Positions 25,608-37,200 of a stretch of 64,000 bases of DNA are shown here, one piece after another. The translations under genes were made by a program, and so were the position numbers. A model generated the notes under the pieces. The model was given only the letters and a program-made list of their open reading frames with translations, was not told the DNA's origin and searched no databases. The stretch is from the NCBI GenBank assembly GCA_043228905.1, contig JBHGNT010000008.1, forward strand, positions 4,898,001-4,962,000. Reading direction: 5' to 3'. Position 1 is the stretch's first letter; the number at the start of each line of letters is the position of its first letter. This DNA is from Azolla caroliniana (lineage: Eukaryota; Plantae; Polypodiophyta).

Positions 25608-25838
25608 CGTGGTCCAAGCAAAGGAAAAAATAAATAAATAAATAAAAAAAATAAAATAAAAAATGACGTGGGCAAAATCGACACGAATCATCGTAATGAT
25701 GGGGAGATCACAAGAGGTGGGAGCGCCACCATGCAACGAAGAGGCGGCATGCATTAAAGAAGGACGTGCGCGAACTTTCTATTTAAAGCATGGAACGTGG
25801 ACACTCACACGCGGCAAACAAGAAAGGACATACTAATT

Positions 25839-28513
25839 ATGGCGGGAGAGGAACATGCGCGGGAAACGAAAAAGGGCGGCTCGAGGCACAACCCACTATA
25901 TAAGACACAGGCCTGCGAAGGGCTCACTTTTTACGAATTTTCCTACATACAGACGTAGAAGCACAGAAGAGCGACCCGACGCACAGAGCACACACAGCGT
26001 GACCCCGAACAACAGGCAGCAGACGAAGAATTCGAAACATTTCATAACCGAAGGATTGAAGGAGGCCATCAAAAATCTTGTGGAAGGAAAAAAGCCATGG
26101 GTTAGTCCCACCGGTGCTCCCCATCACACAAAAGAAAAGAGGTCGGCAGGAGACGACGCCGAAAAAGGTCACAAAGCGCCGACAGATCTTGGAGAAACAC
26201 ACCCCCGGATGGACCCAGCAAGAAGCAGAACAACAGGGGGAAGGACTATCCCGACAGCAACAGGAACCGGCAACAAAGGCAAAAACGGCAGGTAAAGGCA
26301 AAGGGAAATCGGCCGAGGAGGAACCGGTAGCGCGCAAACCAATCCATATAACGCTGCGACGGCCGGAACTGGAACCAGAGGTCTTTATACAAAAGGTCCG
26401 TCTGGTAACCGCACCGGAGGAGGAAGCTGAAACAGAAGACTCATCCGAACCACTGGTAAGACTCCCAGCAAGACAAGATCGGGAGAAACGGGCGAAAGGA
26501 CCGGCTCCACCAGTGGACAGAACTCAGCAGAGGGCGCAAGGACCATCTCCAGTAGCCGAGGCGGAAACAGCACCGGAACCCGTACCCAGGGAAGCAGCAC
26601 CGACACCGGTTGGGCCGGATTTCAGAGAACCGGTCATCCCAGAGAAGAAGAAGGAACAAGCGCCGGAGCCGGAGCCAGAGAAGAGGCCGGAAAATCAGCC
26701 TGACTTAAGTGAGCAAGGCCACCCCGACACCGGAAGAACAAAGCCACAATGGCTGAGATGGCTTTCGGAGCAGTTATCGGGAGTAGCGGACCAGTTAGAG
26801 AAAGAAGAAACGTGTAGGCAACAGCTGACGCATACAACAACTCAGGAGTTGGTCACGCTCCGAACACAGATCGAGCAAATGCAAGGGGAGCTGTTGCAGG
26901 CAAGGGAAGGAATTCAACAAGCACAAGTTGTCACCGAGCCGGTCGGGACAACAAGGAAGCAACCAGAACCGGAACCGGAACCGGTAGCCTTGCAAACCGG
27001 CCTTGAGACCGAAAAAATAATAGAAACCTTACGAGAGGAGTTAAAAGCTCAGGAGGCATTAAGGGAAAGAGAAAGGGAGCAGCGGAAAGCGGTGGAGGAC
27101 GACAGACGAAAAATGGAAGAAGGCCTCCGGAAAGGTCGAGCCGCTAATGACCGACTGCAAGAAGAAAAAGAGAAGCTGCAGAAGGAGAAGGACCGACTAC
27201 GTCGACATGCCGAGCAAGAGATAGAACGACTGCAGGAAGAACTCCGATAACAGAAGGACCGGGACGATCGGTTAAGAGCTCAGGCAACCCGACGCCTGAA
27301 GCAGAAGACGGAGGACTTCGACCGTCTCTACCGAGATCACAAGCAGGCCGAGTCGGACAACAAAAAACGGGCAGCAGACTACGACCGGCAAATAGAGAAG
27401 CTGAAAGAGCAGCTCAAAGAGACCCGATTAGACCTGGCTAAGGCGATGGATGAGGTCAGTGCCAACAAGGAAGCATTGTCGGCGGAAATAGCCCAAGCAA
27501 CGGAGAGATGGAAGGAATTAGAGGCGCTAAGGCGGGAAAAGCTGGACCTGACCAAGATCAGGAATGAAGAAAAGGAAAAATCGACCTTCACGATCAGCAA
27601 ACTGCAGAGTACCTATGAAAAGCAGAAACCAGATTACGAGGCCCAGGCTCAGATAATGGCCGACATTATAAAACGGGCAAGGAAGGAAAAGCAGGAAGCT
27701 TATGCGCATGCTAAGGCAGGGGTTGACCGGATCAAGCTCATCATGTCAGGATGGAGTACCCGAGCTCATGCAAGCATCAACGAAAGTACGGAAAAGCTAT
27801 GGAAGGAGTGGTCACAACAGGCAGCCGAGCTGCAGACACTCCGAGCGGATGCCGAGAATCGGAGGAAGACCGGTGACAAGTTCTACAAGATGGATGAGGA
27901 AAGTATCGTCGCCATTCGGGAAGAATTGTCGGAGGATTTCTACACTTTAGCAGAAGAACACCTCAAAGAAATCCGAGGGTTGGTAGAGAGGTTGGATGAC
28001 GGGCAGCTCGCAACTCAGTTGGAGTTGGAGAGATACGAGCATGACCGGTTACGACAGGAAGCTAAGGGAAGAACGACGCCAACCACTATTGGTGAGGGAA
28101 CGCGACCGGCTGAAGATGAACCAACCGACACCGAACAACCCCGACGAGGAATACCCGAAGACGAACTTGAAGAAGAGCAGGAGCGGACCGATGCCGGCGA
28201 AGAAGAAGAGCTGAGACCGGAAGACACCAGAGCAGAGGAAGGAGGCATATGGAGTCGACCAGTCGAGACCAGAGAAAGCGACACTTGTAACAGAACAGAG
28301 CAAGGAACGGAGGGAGAACAGGAAGAACCCGGACGAAGCGGTGAGGAAGCACCGGCACCACAGAATCAAGCAGAGCCGGAGCAGCAAATTTTTACGGAAC
28401 AGCCCACCCAACCGGAGGTCGGAGAGCAGGCAGGCAAGGAACAGGAACAGGAGGAAGAAGCACCACTTGACACCATCGAGCAGAGTGTGCTCGATATTTT
28501 GGAGGAAGACTGA
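25839..28513 (+). pseudogene. Gypsy copy 1 ORF3 (deleted/stopped allele)
   Basis: Colinear with 43495-46575 but has a ~400-bp deletion at ~26040, a 25-bp deletion at ~26100 and stops. Confidence 0.85.
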
Positions 28514-28956
28514 GGCCGGGAGTGGATTCGAAGTGCAAGGCACTTTCCCACGGGCGTGCCATGTGTTGGCCGGTCAGAAGAGCAAGGACAAGTGGGAAGG
28601 CGGAATCGGATCCGATAATAGGAAGTAAATAATAGTAGAATTATTATTCGGAGGGACGGATTTGGTACAGTTGTACCAATCTGGATCCGAACCGATTCAG
28701 ATGTCGGTTGCCTAAGCGCACCGATTGTAACCTTGCCGGATGCCTATAAAAGGATCCGATGATTTGTAAAGGGGGGACGGAAGTAATACAATAGTCATTA
28801 TTGCGTGTTTATCTGTATCTCGTATTATTTACCGTCTGTGCTTAATTGTAATCATCTTATGCGTGTAACCTAGCATCCAATCCTTACCACCCCTTTGGAG
28901 AAGTGTCGGATAGACACCTGTGTTGAGGCTAGTCCGGCCAGACAGACAACACTTTA

Positions 28957-30424
28957 TGACCTTCATGACCCTAGAGGTCGTGAAAAGTGTCCTCGTGGTA
29001 GGCCGGGGTGTGGAAGGCATTGGAAAAGGTGGTTGGTTTGGGATTTGGTAAAGTCTCTCTGTATATGTGTGCCAAGTTTCGGTATCTTCGATGGGTGTTT
29101 GTGGTCTTGGCTCCCGTAGTCTCTTCCATGCCGTGGCGCAATCGCTACTCATGAGCATATGGTAGAGTTCCCAGTATTGGGATGCCTCCCACGCTCGTCT
29201 CTTACGACGTGTCATCTTACGCATTTCTTTGCGAGCTTGTATGGAGGTAATACTACCATTGAGTTGTGATACTGTAAGTTGTCTATGTAGGTCCCTACAA
29301 TCCTCGTGATACCATTTATTTTGTGGCATTGATCCTGATCTACCTTGATTTGAGTGTTTTGTATATGGGAAACTGCTAGCTGCTGCGGAGTGAAGGATGT
29401 GTGTGAGTTTTGTACTAAGGCTTTCTAACGGTAGAGAGGGATCAATGGAGGGGAGATGGGCCTGAACATGTTGAGAGTATATGTCAGAGAGCTCATGTGT
29501 GAAATGTATTGTGGTGTGATGGCATGGTTGACTAGACTTGGTGACCTTAGAGATATCACATTTTAGCTCGAAGTATAAGAAACTATGGTCTGCGCCAATA
29601 GGGCATGGGGCCACTCGGAAGAAGTTAATCATGTGGGTAGCTTCCAGGCGCTCTATTAGATAGTCAACTGTGCTTTCCCCTCCTCCATGTGGGAAACATG
29701 TGAGCTCTTCCGAGCCCGGCCACTTAGCTAAACCATTATATATGACCATCTGGTGCCGACTGCCAAGTTCGAGCAGATGATGGCCAAAGCTCGTGGCGTC
29801 CGCACCTTGATCCTTTGATCTACGTGTGGTGCCTATGTCTAAAGGATCAACATTTACCATTTCTAGGTTTCTATTCATCTGAAATACTGTGCATTGTCGG
29901 GATTGGGTTCTCGCATTGAAGTCTCCTACAAGAAATACTTCTCCTTGGGAAGAATATCGGATTATGTCATCCGATAGGGGTTCGTATGGAGAAGGCCCAT
30001 GTGGCATTCCTTCATCGACTAATCTCGTCAAGCCACTAATATTATAACGGGATCCTTTTGGGGGAAAGTAACAAATGGCGAAAAATACTGCATGGTCTTT
30101 GCTTGTGGAGACTTTCACCCACATAAAACGAGCTTCTGAGTCTATCTTCATTATTTCTATCCTATTATGTAGCTCTCTACGAAATAGTATCGCGACACCT
30201 CCAGATCCCCTAGTAGTGTGTCGACGTGAGGTTTGTCTAAAAGCGGACTCCCAACGGAATCCTTCGACCCGTGGGAGTCCTCTATTTGGGCTCTGATGTG
30301 TTTCTACCAAGAAAAGTATATCAGATACCTTTAGTATCTCCTCTAGGCGGTTGGGGTGTGCCCAGAGTGCACCATTACAATTCCATAGGGTCATCCTAAG
30401 TGCATTTTCTGTCACATGGGCCAC
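28957..30424 (-). pseudogene. LINE 2 ORF2, 5' part (APE endonuclease)
   Basis: LWNCNG, ETH, GGVAIL, GDFNART, STVDY, ADHSFL. Confidence 0.92.
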
Positions 30425-30430
30425 ACGCCG

Positions 30431-31243
30431 TCAGTTAGTAGTGCGATCATTTATGATCACTCGCCCGTCTCGGTAAAAGGCGCGATGGCCTTCTTTACGA
30501 GCTTGCATAACTCGTGGCATACAACTCTTGCGATGCTCAATTTGCATCTTAGTGAGGTCTTCATTGAGAAAGATGGGGTCCCCATCCATTCCTCGAAGGA
30601 TTGGTCTCTTCTTAAAGAAAGTGATTCTAGAGTCTAAGTCTTTAAATTGAAGGACTAAGGCTCTCTTCCTAGTTGTGTCACGCCCGGCCCTCCATGCTTT
30701 GGTGATAGGTAGGGCCTCTGTGTACCCTAACATTTTCCCAAGTGTTTGTGCGTCCTCATTTGGGGATGCACCTTCCTTGAGCCCAGTGACACGTACATTT
30801 AAGCGTCGGGCCTGACGCATTTTCTCTTCTTCAAGGGTGGTATTAACAATATTTTCATCTTTTATTTCTTTTTTAATGTTTCTTTTAACCACATCTACCC
30901 AACCCGTTTTAGCTAACTCTATGTTATTATTAACTTCCTCTTTAACTTTTTTAATTTCGTCCTTTATATCCTCTATAGAGGATATTTCACCGTCTTCTCG
31001 AGATACCTCGATGTCCTTAAGTTGTTTTTTAGGGTCGATGTTTTCTACTTTAAGTTGTTCTATTTCGGCCTTGAGGGCGTCTTTTTCCTCTCTATCTTTT
31101 TTCTTGTGGGTTTCGGTGTCTTTCACCCATTTTTTCATATCCATCTCTATTTTTGTTAAACGATTAAACATATCTAAAAAGTCCTCCTTACTTATAGCCT
31201 CGTCTTGTATATCCTTAAGTTCCTTAGTCCGTCTAGACGTCAT
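30431..31243 (-). CDS. LINE 2 ORF1 (coiled coil + RRM/CTD-like), intact, 270 aa
   Basis: MTSRRTKEL..., RRLNVRVTGLKE, AWRAG, IFLNEDLT, AFYRDGRVII. Confidence 0.85.
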   Translation of the reverse strand: MTSRRTKELKDIQDEAISKEDFLDMFNRLTKIEMDMKKWVKDTETHKKKDREEKDALKAEIEQLKVENIDPKKQLKDIEVSREDGEISSIEDIKDEIKKVKEEVNNNIELAKTGWVDVVKRNIKKEIKDENIVNTTLEEEKMRQARRLNVRVTGLKEGASPNEDAQTLGKMLGYTEALPITKAWRAGRDTTRKRALVLQFKDLDSRITFFKKRPILRGMDGDPIFLNEDLTKMQIEHRKSCMPRVMQARKEGHRAFYRDGRVIINDRTTN

Positions 31244-31429
31244 TGTGGTGTCAATAAGAAAAAAAAGGTAAAATAAATGGGTTCGAGACTTAGCCGAGTT
31301 TGTGTGTGTGTCGCAATCACATCGGCATTTTGTAGCACGCGACGAGCACACCAAAAGAACCCACCCACGAACTCGTCGAGAAAAAGGCACTTCACCACAT
31401 CAAGAGAAAACGGAGAAGAAAACACCCCG

Positions 31430-31985
31430 TGACGGCAACGGTGACGGTGGCAGTCGTCAAACGACGGTAGACGACGGCAACAGACGGCAGACGGCGGCAG
31501 CAAACGGCAGATGGCGGCAACAGACGGCAGACGGCGGCAACAAACGGTAGAAGACGGTAGACGACTGCAGACTGTAGAAGGCGGTTGCAGACGGTGGCAG
31601 ACGGCGACGGCCGCAGATAACGGCAGCGACGGCGACGGCGACAACGAAGACACTAGCCGGCGATAGAGAGAGACGAGGAAGAGAGAGAGAGAGCAGACGG
31701 CGTCAGTTGCAGCGACTGCAGACAACGGCTGCAGACGACGGCGACGGTGACGGCGACGGCGACGACAGCGACAACAACACAACGACAGAGAGAGCCGTTA
31801 GAGCAAGAGAGAGAGACACACACACACCAGAGAGAGAGAGAGGGAGAGAGTCGAGACCATAGACGTGAGAGAGAGAGTGGGAGAGAGAGCTTGTACAATG
31901 TATACTATATAGTATATGGTGGATCATCTGAGAGAGAGAGAGAGAGAGGGAGGGAGGGAGGTAGGGAGAGAGAGAGAGAGAGGGA
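31430..31985. repeat. GACGGC-rich low-complexity tract followed by (GA)n microsatellites
   Basis: Many GACGGC(A/G) units at 31430-31790, GA runs to 31985. Interior of the hAT element or LINE 5' UTR. Confidence 0.75.
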
Positions 31986-32184
31986 GATTTCCAAACCGGT
32001 TTGGAAACCAGTTTCCAAGCCATTTACGAAGCTGGTTCACAAACTGGTTTAGCCTAAACCGGTTCGGTAAACAACTGGGTTCAGGTTTGAGATCCCTTAA
32101 ACAGTTTAGGCTTAACCGGTTTGGCTTGGATCAGGCCAAGCTGGCTGAGCCTAAACCGAACCGTTATCGATCCCTAATAGTACT

Positions 32185-32422
32185 TATACACAATATGACA
32201 ACAACCACTAAAGTGATTGCCCTAAGTCATATTTATACTTATATGAACTTAGGGCTATTTACAAATATAGCCTCAATAGGCTTATTGAAAACATATTTAC
32301 AAATATGTCTTCACTTCCGGCTCACTGGGTCCATCCGATCCGGTTTTTGGATCTCTTCTGGTTCTCACCGGGTCCATTCCATTCATAACCGGATCCCATC
32401 TGGAGGGACCGATTTCCCAACA
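32185..32422 (-). repeat. Copia A 5' LTR, U3 part
   Basis: Aligns to 7455-7676 and ends GGGACCGATTTCCCAACA. Confidence 0.88.
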
Positions 32423-33251
32423 CTCGTTGACCATGGGCTATGGCTTGTCCGCCCCTTTTGATGAAACACCCGTCGTTGTTGAATTGTACCTGCATTCCTT
32501 GTTCGAAAATCTGGCCGAGCGAAACCAGGTTTTTCGTTATGGTAGGGACATGTAGTACGTTCTTGAAATAGGTTTGGTTGCTGTTGTTTCCGAATGGGAC
32601 ATTCCGGATATGTTGTATTGGATGAGTCGTGTCATCGCCTGTTTTGACATATCCGGGTTGTTCAGGTTTTCGTAATTCCCAAAACCAATCTTCATGAGAC
32701 GTCATGTGGTTGGATGCTCCTGAGTCAACAAACCATACGTCATTTGAGGTGGAGGCACTAGTTGAGGCCTGTGTTGACATTGAGTGTGCTTCGTGCCTCA
32801 TTACGAACATTCCGCCATGGTCGCTGTAGTTGGAATTCGTGGTGTAATTGTCAAGATTCGAACTCTTGACACGACCATGTTATAATCTAGTATTATGAGT
32901 TAACCAAGATATCTAGTACTAGTTATGTATGTAATTGGTCCTTATTATTTTGCTAGCATCATGTGCATAGTTGCTCCCTTGTAGTATTTACACTTGGCAC
33001 ATGCATGCATACCTACATGCTCTATTGTAGATTCACATGCGTGCAACAAGTATGCATGCCATGTAGTATAAATAGAGGAGTTCACCTTGAAGGAATTCAA
33101 GGTGAACAACACCAGTTATGGAGTCTTTCCTTTAATACTATCTTCTTTCTTGTCCATTTGGTTATCTTCTTGCTTGTCTCTTGAGTTTATGATCCGTGAC
33201 AGTTTGTTCACCTTCCCATCCTCATAGCTCTCCCTCTCATAAGCCATAGCT

Positions 33252-34265
33252 ATGTCCGACTCAACTAGTGAGTTAGGCCAAATAATGGTAGCCTTACGAC
33301 AACTACAGCTAGAAAATGAAGCTCTTCGAAATTCTTTACAAGAACTTCAAGTCGGTACCTCCCTATCCTCACAACCCCCGAACCCTAGTCTCCCACAACA
33401 ACCTAGCCTAGAGCCTGATCTTCTACCAACATCTAGCCTAGCTTTGTCAGAAAAATTTGAGCCTAAGGTTAGCCTCCCAGAAAAATTTGATGGAACGAGG
33501 TCGCGTTTTCGAGGGTTCATCAACCAAGTTCGACTTATCATTCGGCTACAACCTCAACGTTATGGAGATGGTCTTCGACAAGTCGGCCTTGTGGGCACCC
33601 TTCTCTCCGGTCCAGCCCAAGCTTGGTTTGCACCATTAGAAACCTCATCACCTTTATTGGAGGACTTTCCCGCCTTCCTCGCCGAGTTAGAGGCCACATT
33701 TGGAGAGACGGACCGACGACGTACAACTCTTAACAAGATTTATGCACTCGAACAAGGTTCACGTGCAACTTCGGTCTATGCTTCCGAATTTCGACAACTA
33801 GCATGCGACGTCAATTGGGATGATCAAGCTTTAGCTGATCACTTTCGGCGCGGTCTTCGAAGCAATGTCAAGAATCTTCTCTTAAACTTTCCGGAGCTCA
33901 CCTCGTTATCCCAAGCGATTTCACAAGCAGTCCATTGTGACAATCGTCTTTTCGAATTTCGCCAAGAAGAGCGCCGGACTTGGGTTCCACCTCATTCACT
34001 TCCACGCCAAGCCCCGGTCATACAACCCCAAGCATCCTCACACTCGCCTACTTCGGCAGATGCTCCTGTCCCCATGGAAATTGATCAAGTCCGATTTCGG
34101 CCATTGACTAATGCTGAACGACAATTTCGGCGGGCTAATGGCTTGTGCATGTATTGTGGCGCCTCCGGTCATGTCGTTCGCCATTGTCCTAGGAGTACTC
34201 GCCCACAATTCCATCGAGCTAACGGACCCCCACATCCGGAAAACGACATCGTTCGGTTGCAGTAG
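33252..34265 (+). CDS. Chromovirus Gag
   Basis: [19 protein letters not shown] (major homology region), [20 protein letters not shown]. Confidence 0.92.
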   Translation: MSDSTSELGQIMVALRQLQLENEALRNSLQELQVGTSLSSQPPNPSLPQQPSLEPDLLPTSSLALSEKFEPKVSLPEKFDGTRSRFRGFINQVRLIIRLQPQRYGDGLRQVGLVGTLLSGPAQAWFAPLETSSPLLEDFPAFLAELEATFGETDRRRTTLNKIYALEQGSRATSVYASEFRQLACDVNWDDQALADHFRRGLRSNVKNLLLNFPELTSLSQAISQAVHCDNRLFEFRQEERRTWVPPHSLPRQAPVIQPQASSHSPTSADAPVPMEIDQVRFRPLTNAERQFRRANGLCMYCGASGHVVRHCPRSTRPQFHRANGPPHPENDIVRLQ

Positions 34266-37200
34266 GAGCCATGCAACTGGACATCTCCCGTCGCCCATAT
34301 TCTCTTGGTTCCATTGCCGGACCATCAGGCAATTTCACATTGGAGGTATGGCTTTCGTTTAACTCTAGTTCCATTCAGTCTGATGCTTTACTTGATTCTG
34401 GGGCATCTTCTTGCTTCATTGACGTCGCGTTTGCCCAAGCACATGGCGTACCTGTCGTTGGCCTCTCAAAACCCATTCCAGTTGAAGCCATTGACGGGTG
34501 CGTCCTCTCGTCAGGTGCAATTACTCAAGCTACAATCCCATTAGGGCTTCGGGTGGGCTCACACCAAGAGGAGCTCACCTTTTACCTCATCGCATCTCCT
34601 CGACATCCGATCATCTTAGGACTAACGTGGTTGGAGGCGCACAATCCAATAGTGGATTGGTGCAACCGCTCGATCACATTTAGCAAGCCAAGATGCTCGT
34701 GCAAAAATATGAAGGTAAATTCAGTTTCCTATCCTTTGGAGACGGTCGACTCTGAATTGATTACCCCATCATCGGTCCAGGATGGGTTTGTTTGTGGCGC
34801 CATTTCTAACACACTCCATGTTATTCCCAAAAAATACCAACACTTCTCCGACGTATTTGAAAAATGTAATGCTGATTGTTTGCCTGAACACCGGCTCTAC
34901 GACTGTCCGATTGATCTTCAAGAAGGTGCGTGTCCACCCTTTGGTCCTCTATATGCGTTGTCTGCCCCAGAGTTGAAGGCCCTTCGTGTGTATCTCGATG
35001 AGAATCTCGAGAAAGGCTTTATTCAACCTTCTAAGTCACCAGCCGGGGCCCCCATTTTATTTGTGAAGAAGAAGGACGGCTCTCTACGCTTATGCGTTGA
35101 CTACCGAGGTCTCAACAAACTCACTGTGCGCAACCGCTATCCGCTACCTCTGATCCCCGAACTCCTTGATCGGCTCCGAGTTGCGCGTGTCTTCTCCAAA
35201 GTTGATCTGCGTGGAGCGTACAATCTAGTACACATCAAGCCGGGGGATGAATGGAAAACCGCATTTTGAACACGGTATGGGCATTTCGAATACAAGGTAA
35301 TGCCTTTTGGTCTTACTAACGCTCCCACAGTTTTTCAACATATGATGAACGATATTTTCCGGGAATATCTTGATCTTTTTGTTGTCATTTACCTCGATGA
35401 TATTCTCATTTTCTCGCCAAACATGGAGGAGCACACTCGCCAAGTCCGATTAGTTCTTGCCAAACTTCGCAAGCATGGCCTTTATGCCAAAGGCGAGAAA
35501 TGCGAGTTCGACCGTACCTCGATCGAATTTCTGGGCTACATCATCTCGCCCACTGGCATCATCATGGATATGAAGAAGGTCTCTGTCATTCAGGCGTGGG
35601 CGACTCCAAGGCGACTTAAAGATGTGCAATCCTTCCTCGGCTTCGCGAATTTTTACCGTCGCTTCATCAAGGGGTTTTCCACCCTAGCACAACCTCTTAT
35701 CGTTCTCACCCATAAAGGCACTCCATTTTTATGGACCTCGGAGGCACAAAATGCGTTCGACTCACTCAAACACGCATTCATCACTGCCCCGATGCTGCTA
35801 CATGCCGACCCCACAAAACCCTTCCAAGTCGAAACCGATGCCTCTGACTTTGCCATTGGTGCCATCTTATCCCAGGCAGACGACAACAACCTAATGCACC
35901 CAATGGCTTACTATTCCCAAAAATTTACGGCATCCGAAATCAATTATCCCATTTATGACAAGGAGCTTGCTGCTATCATTGCTGCCTTTGAAGAATGGCG
36001 ACCCTACTTGGCCGGCGCACAACATCGTGTCCAGGTAGTGACTGATCATAAAAATTTAGTTTATTTTTCCACCACTCGTACTTTGAATCGAAGGCAGGCC
36101 CGTTGGTCGACATTTCTCGCCGACTACGATTTTGAGATCGTATTTCGACCTGGTGGCCAACATGGGAAGGCTGATGCCCTTTCTCACTGAGCTGACCTTG
36201 CACTCCGCCCTAGGGATGCTGCTTATGCTCAACAATCTAGACGTTTGTTGAAACCCGACCAATTGCATATTTTTGCCACTTGTATGTTGCAGGATGATTC
36301 TTTACTCCAACAAATCACTGATGCATCCAAGACCGATGCGTTCGCCAACAAGATTCGAGATAGTCTGCAAAACCCCTCCAAGGCGACCAAAAGGAAGGAT
36401 CTTGACACCTTCACCATACAAGAGGGTTTGTTGTTCCGAGATCATCTCTTATACGTCCCAGAGGGCCCATGTCGCACCCGGGTGTTGCGGGAATGCCACG
36501 ATGACCCACTTGTAGGTCATTTCAGGGTCGCGAAAACCCTCGAGCTAATCTCTCGGGGGTATTGGTGGCCACAACCATGGAAGCTGGTCGAAGAATACAT
36601 AAAGAGTTGTGAGGTTTGTGCTCGCTCCAAAGCCATTCATCATCGGCCATACGACTTACTACAACCGCTTCCATGTCCTCGTCGTCCTTGGGCCTCTATC
36701 TCTATGGACCTGATAACTGATCTACCCTTGGTCAATAGCTATGACTCGGTGTTGGTCATTGTCGATCGGTTTACGAAGATGGCTCACTTCACTCCATGAT
36801 CCAAAACCATTTCCGGAGAAGGAATGGTGCATCTCCTACTCAACAATGTGGTACGCTTGCATGGACTCCCCGATGATGTCATCTCGGATCACGGACCCCA
36901 GTTTGTCTCTCACTTCTGGCAGCGCCTGCTACAAACTTTAGGCATCTCTGTCAAGTTGTCCTCCGCTTATCACCCCCAAACTGACGGGCAAATGGAGCGT
37001 GTCAACCAAATCCTTGAGCAGTATCTTCGGTGCTCGGTTAGTTACCAACAAGATGATTGGGTCAACTTACTTTCGCTCGCGGAATTCGCCTACAATAATT
37101 CTCTCCATGCATCGACTGGCGTCACTCCCTTCTTTGCCAACTACGGTTTACATCCTCGCTTCAACATTTCCCTTCCTACCACTTCCGTGAACCCTTCGGC

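Larger units (their letters stand above)
19234..28951 (+). mobile_element. Non-chromoviral Ty3/Gypsy element (Athila/Phygy-like), copy 1, with extra ORF3
   Basis: 388-bp LTRs 19234-19621 and 28564-28951, TG..CA, perfect TSD CTTTA. PBS-like TGGCGAC at 19627. Order gag-PR-RT-RH-INT-ORF3. Confidence 0.95.
16769..31425 (-). mobile_element. LINE 2, RTEX-like, interrupted by a Gypsy element
   Basis: ORF1 30431-31243; ORF2 30424-28957 and 19233-16970, rejoining in frame (VIK|KLQHRKS). 3' hairpin and (TTTC)n tail at 16769-16786. 5' boundary approximate. Confidence 0.88.
12040..32176. mobile_element. Non-autonomous hAT-superfamily DNA transposon expanded to 20 kb by nested insertions
   Basis: TIRs TAGGGATCG... 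(12040) and ...CGATCCCTA (32176). 8-bp TSD ACAGTACT/ATAGTACT (7/8). Subterminal AAACCG/TAGGCT motif clusters at both ends. The Copia LTR resumes exactly after it. No transposase seen. Confidence 0.85.
7167..32422 (-). mobile_element. Ty1/Copia element A (Tnt1/Tork-like); 5' LTR split by a 20-kb insertion
   Basis: 3' LTR 7167-7676 (TG..CA), PPT at 7677-7687 (rc AGGGGGAGAT), gag-PR-INT-RT-RH 7680-11720, degenerate Met-tRNA PBS ~11733-11744, 5' LTR 11748-12039 plus 32185-32422. Flanks GATAA and CTCGT do not match. Confidence 0.88.

Noticed and set aside
31240-32461. ORFs of 80-180 aa
   Set aside because: They translate GACGGC/GA low-complexity DNA, the hAT end and LTR sequence.
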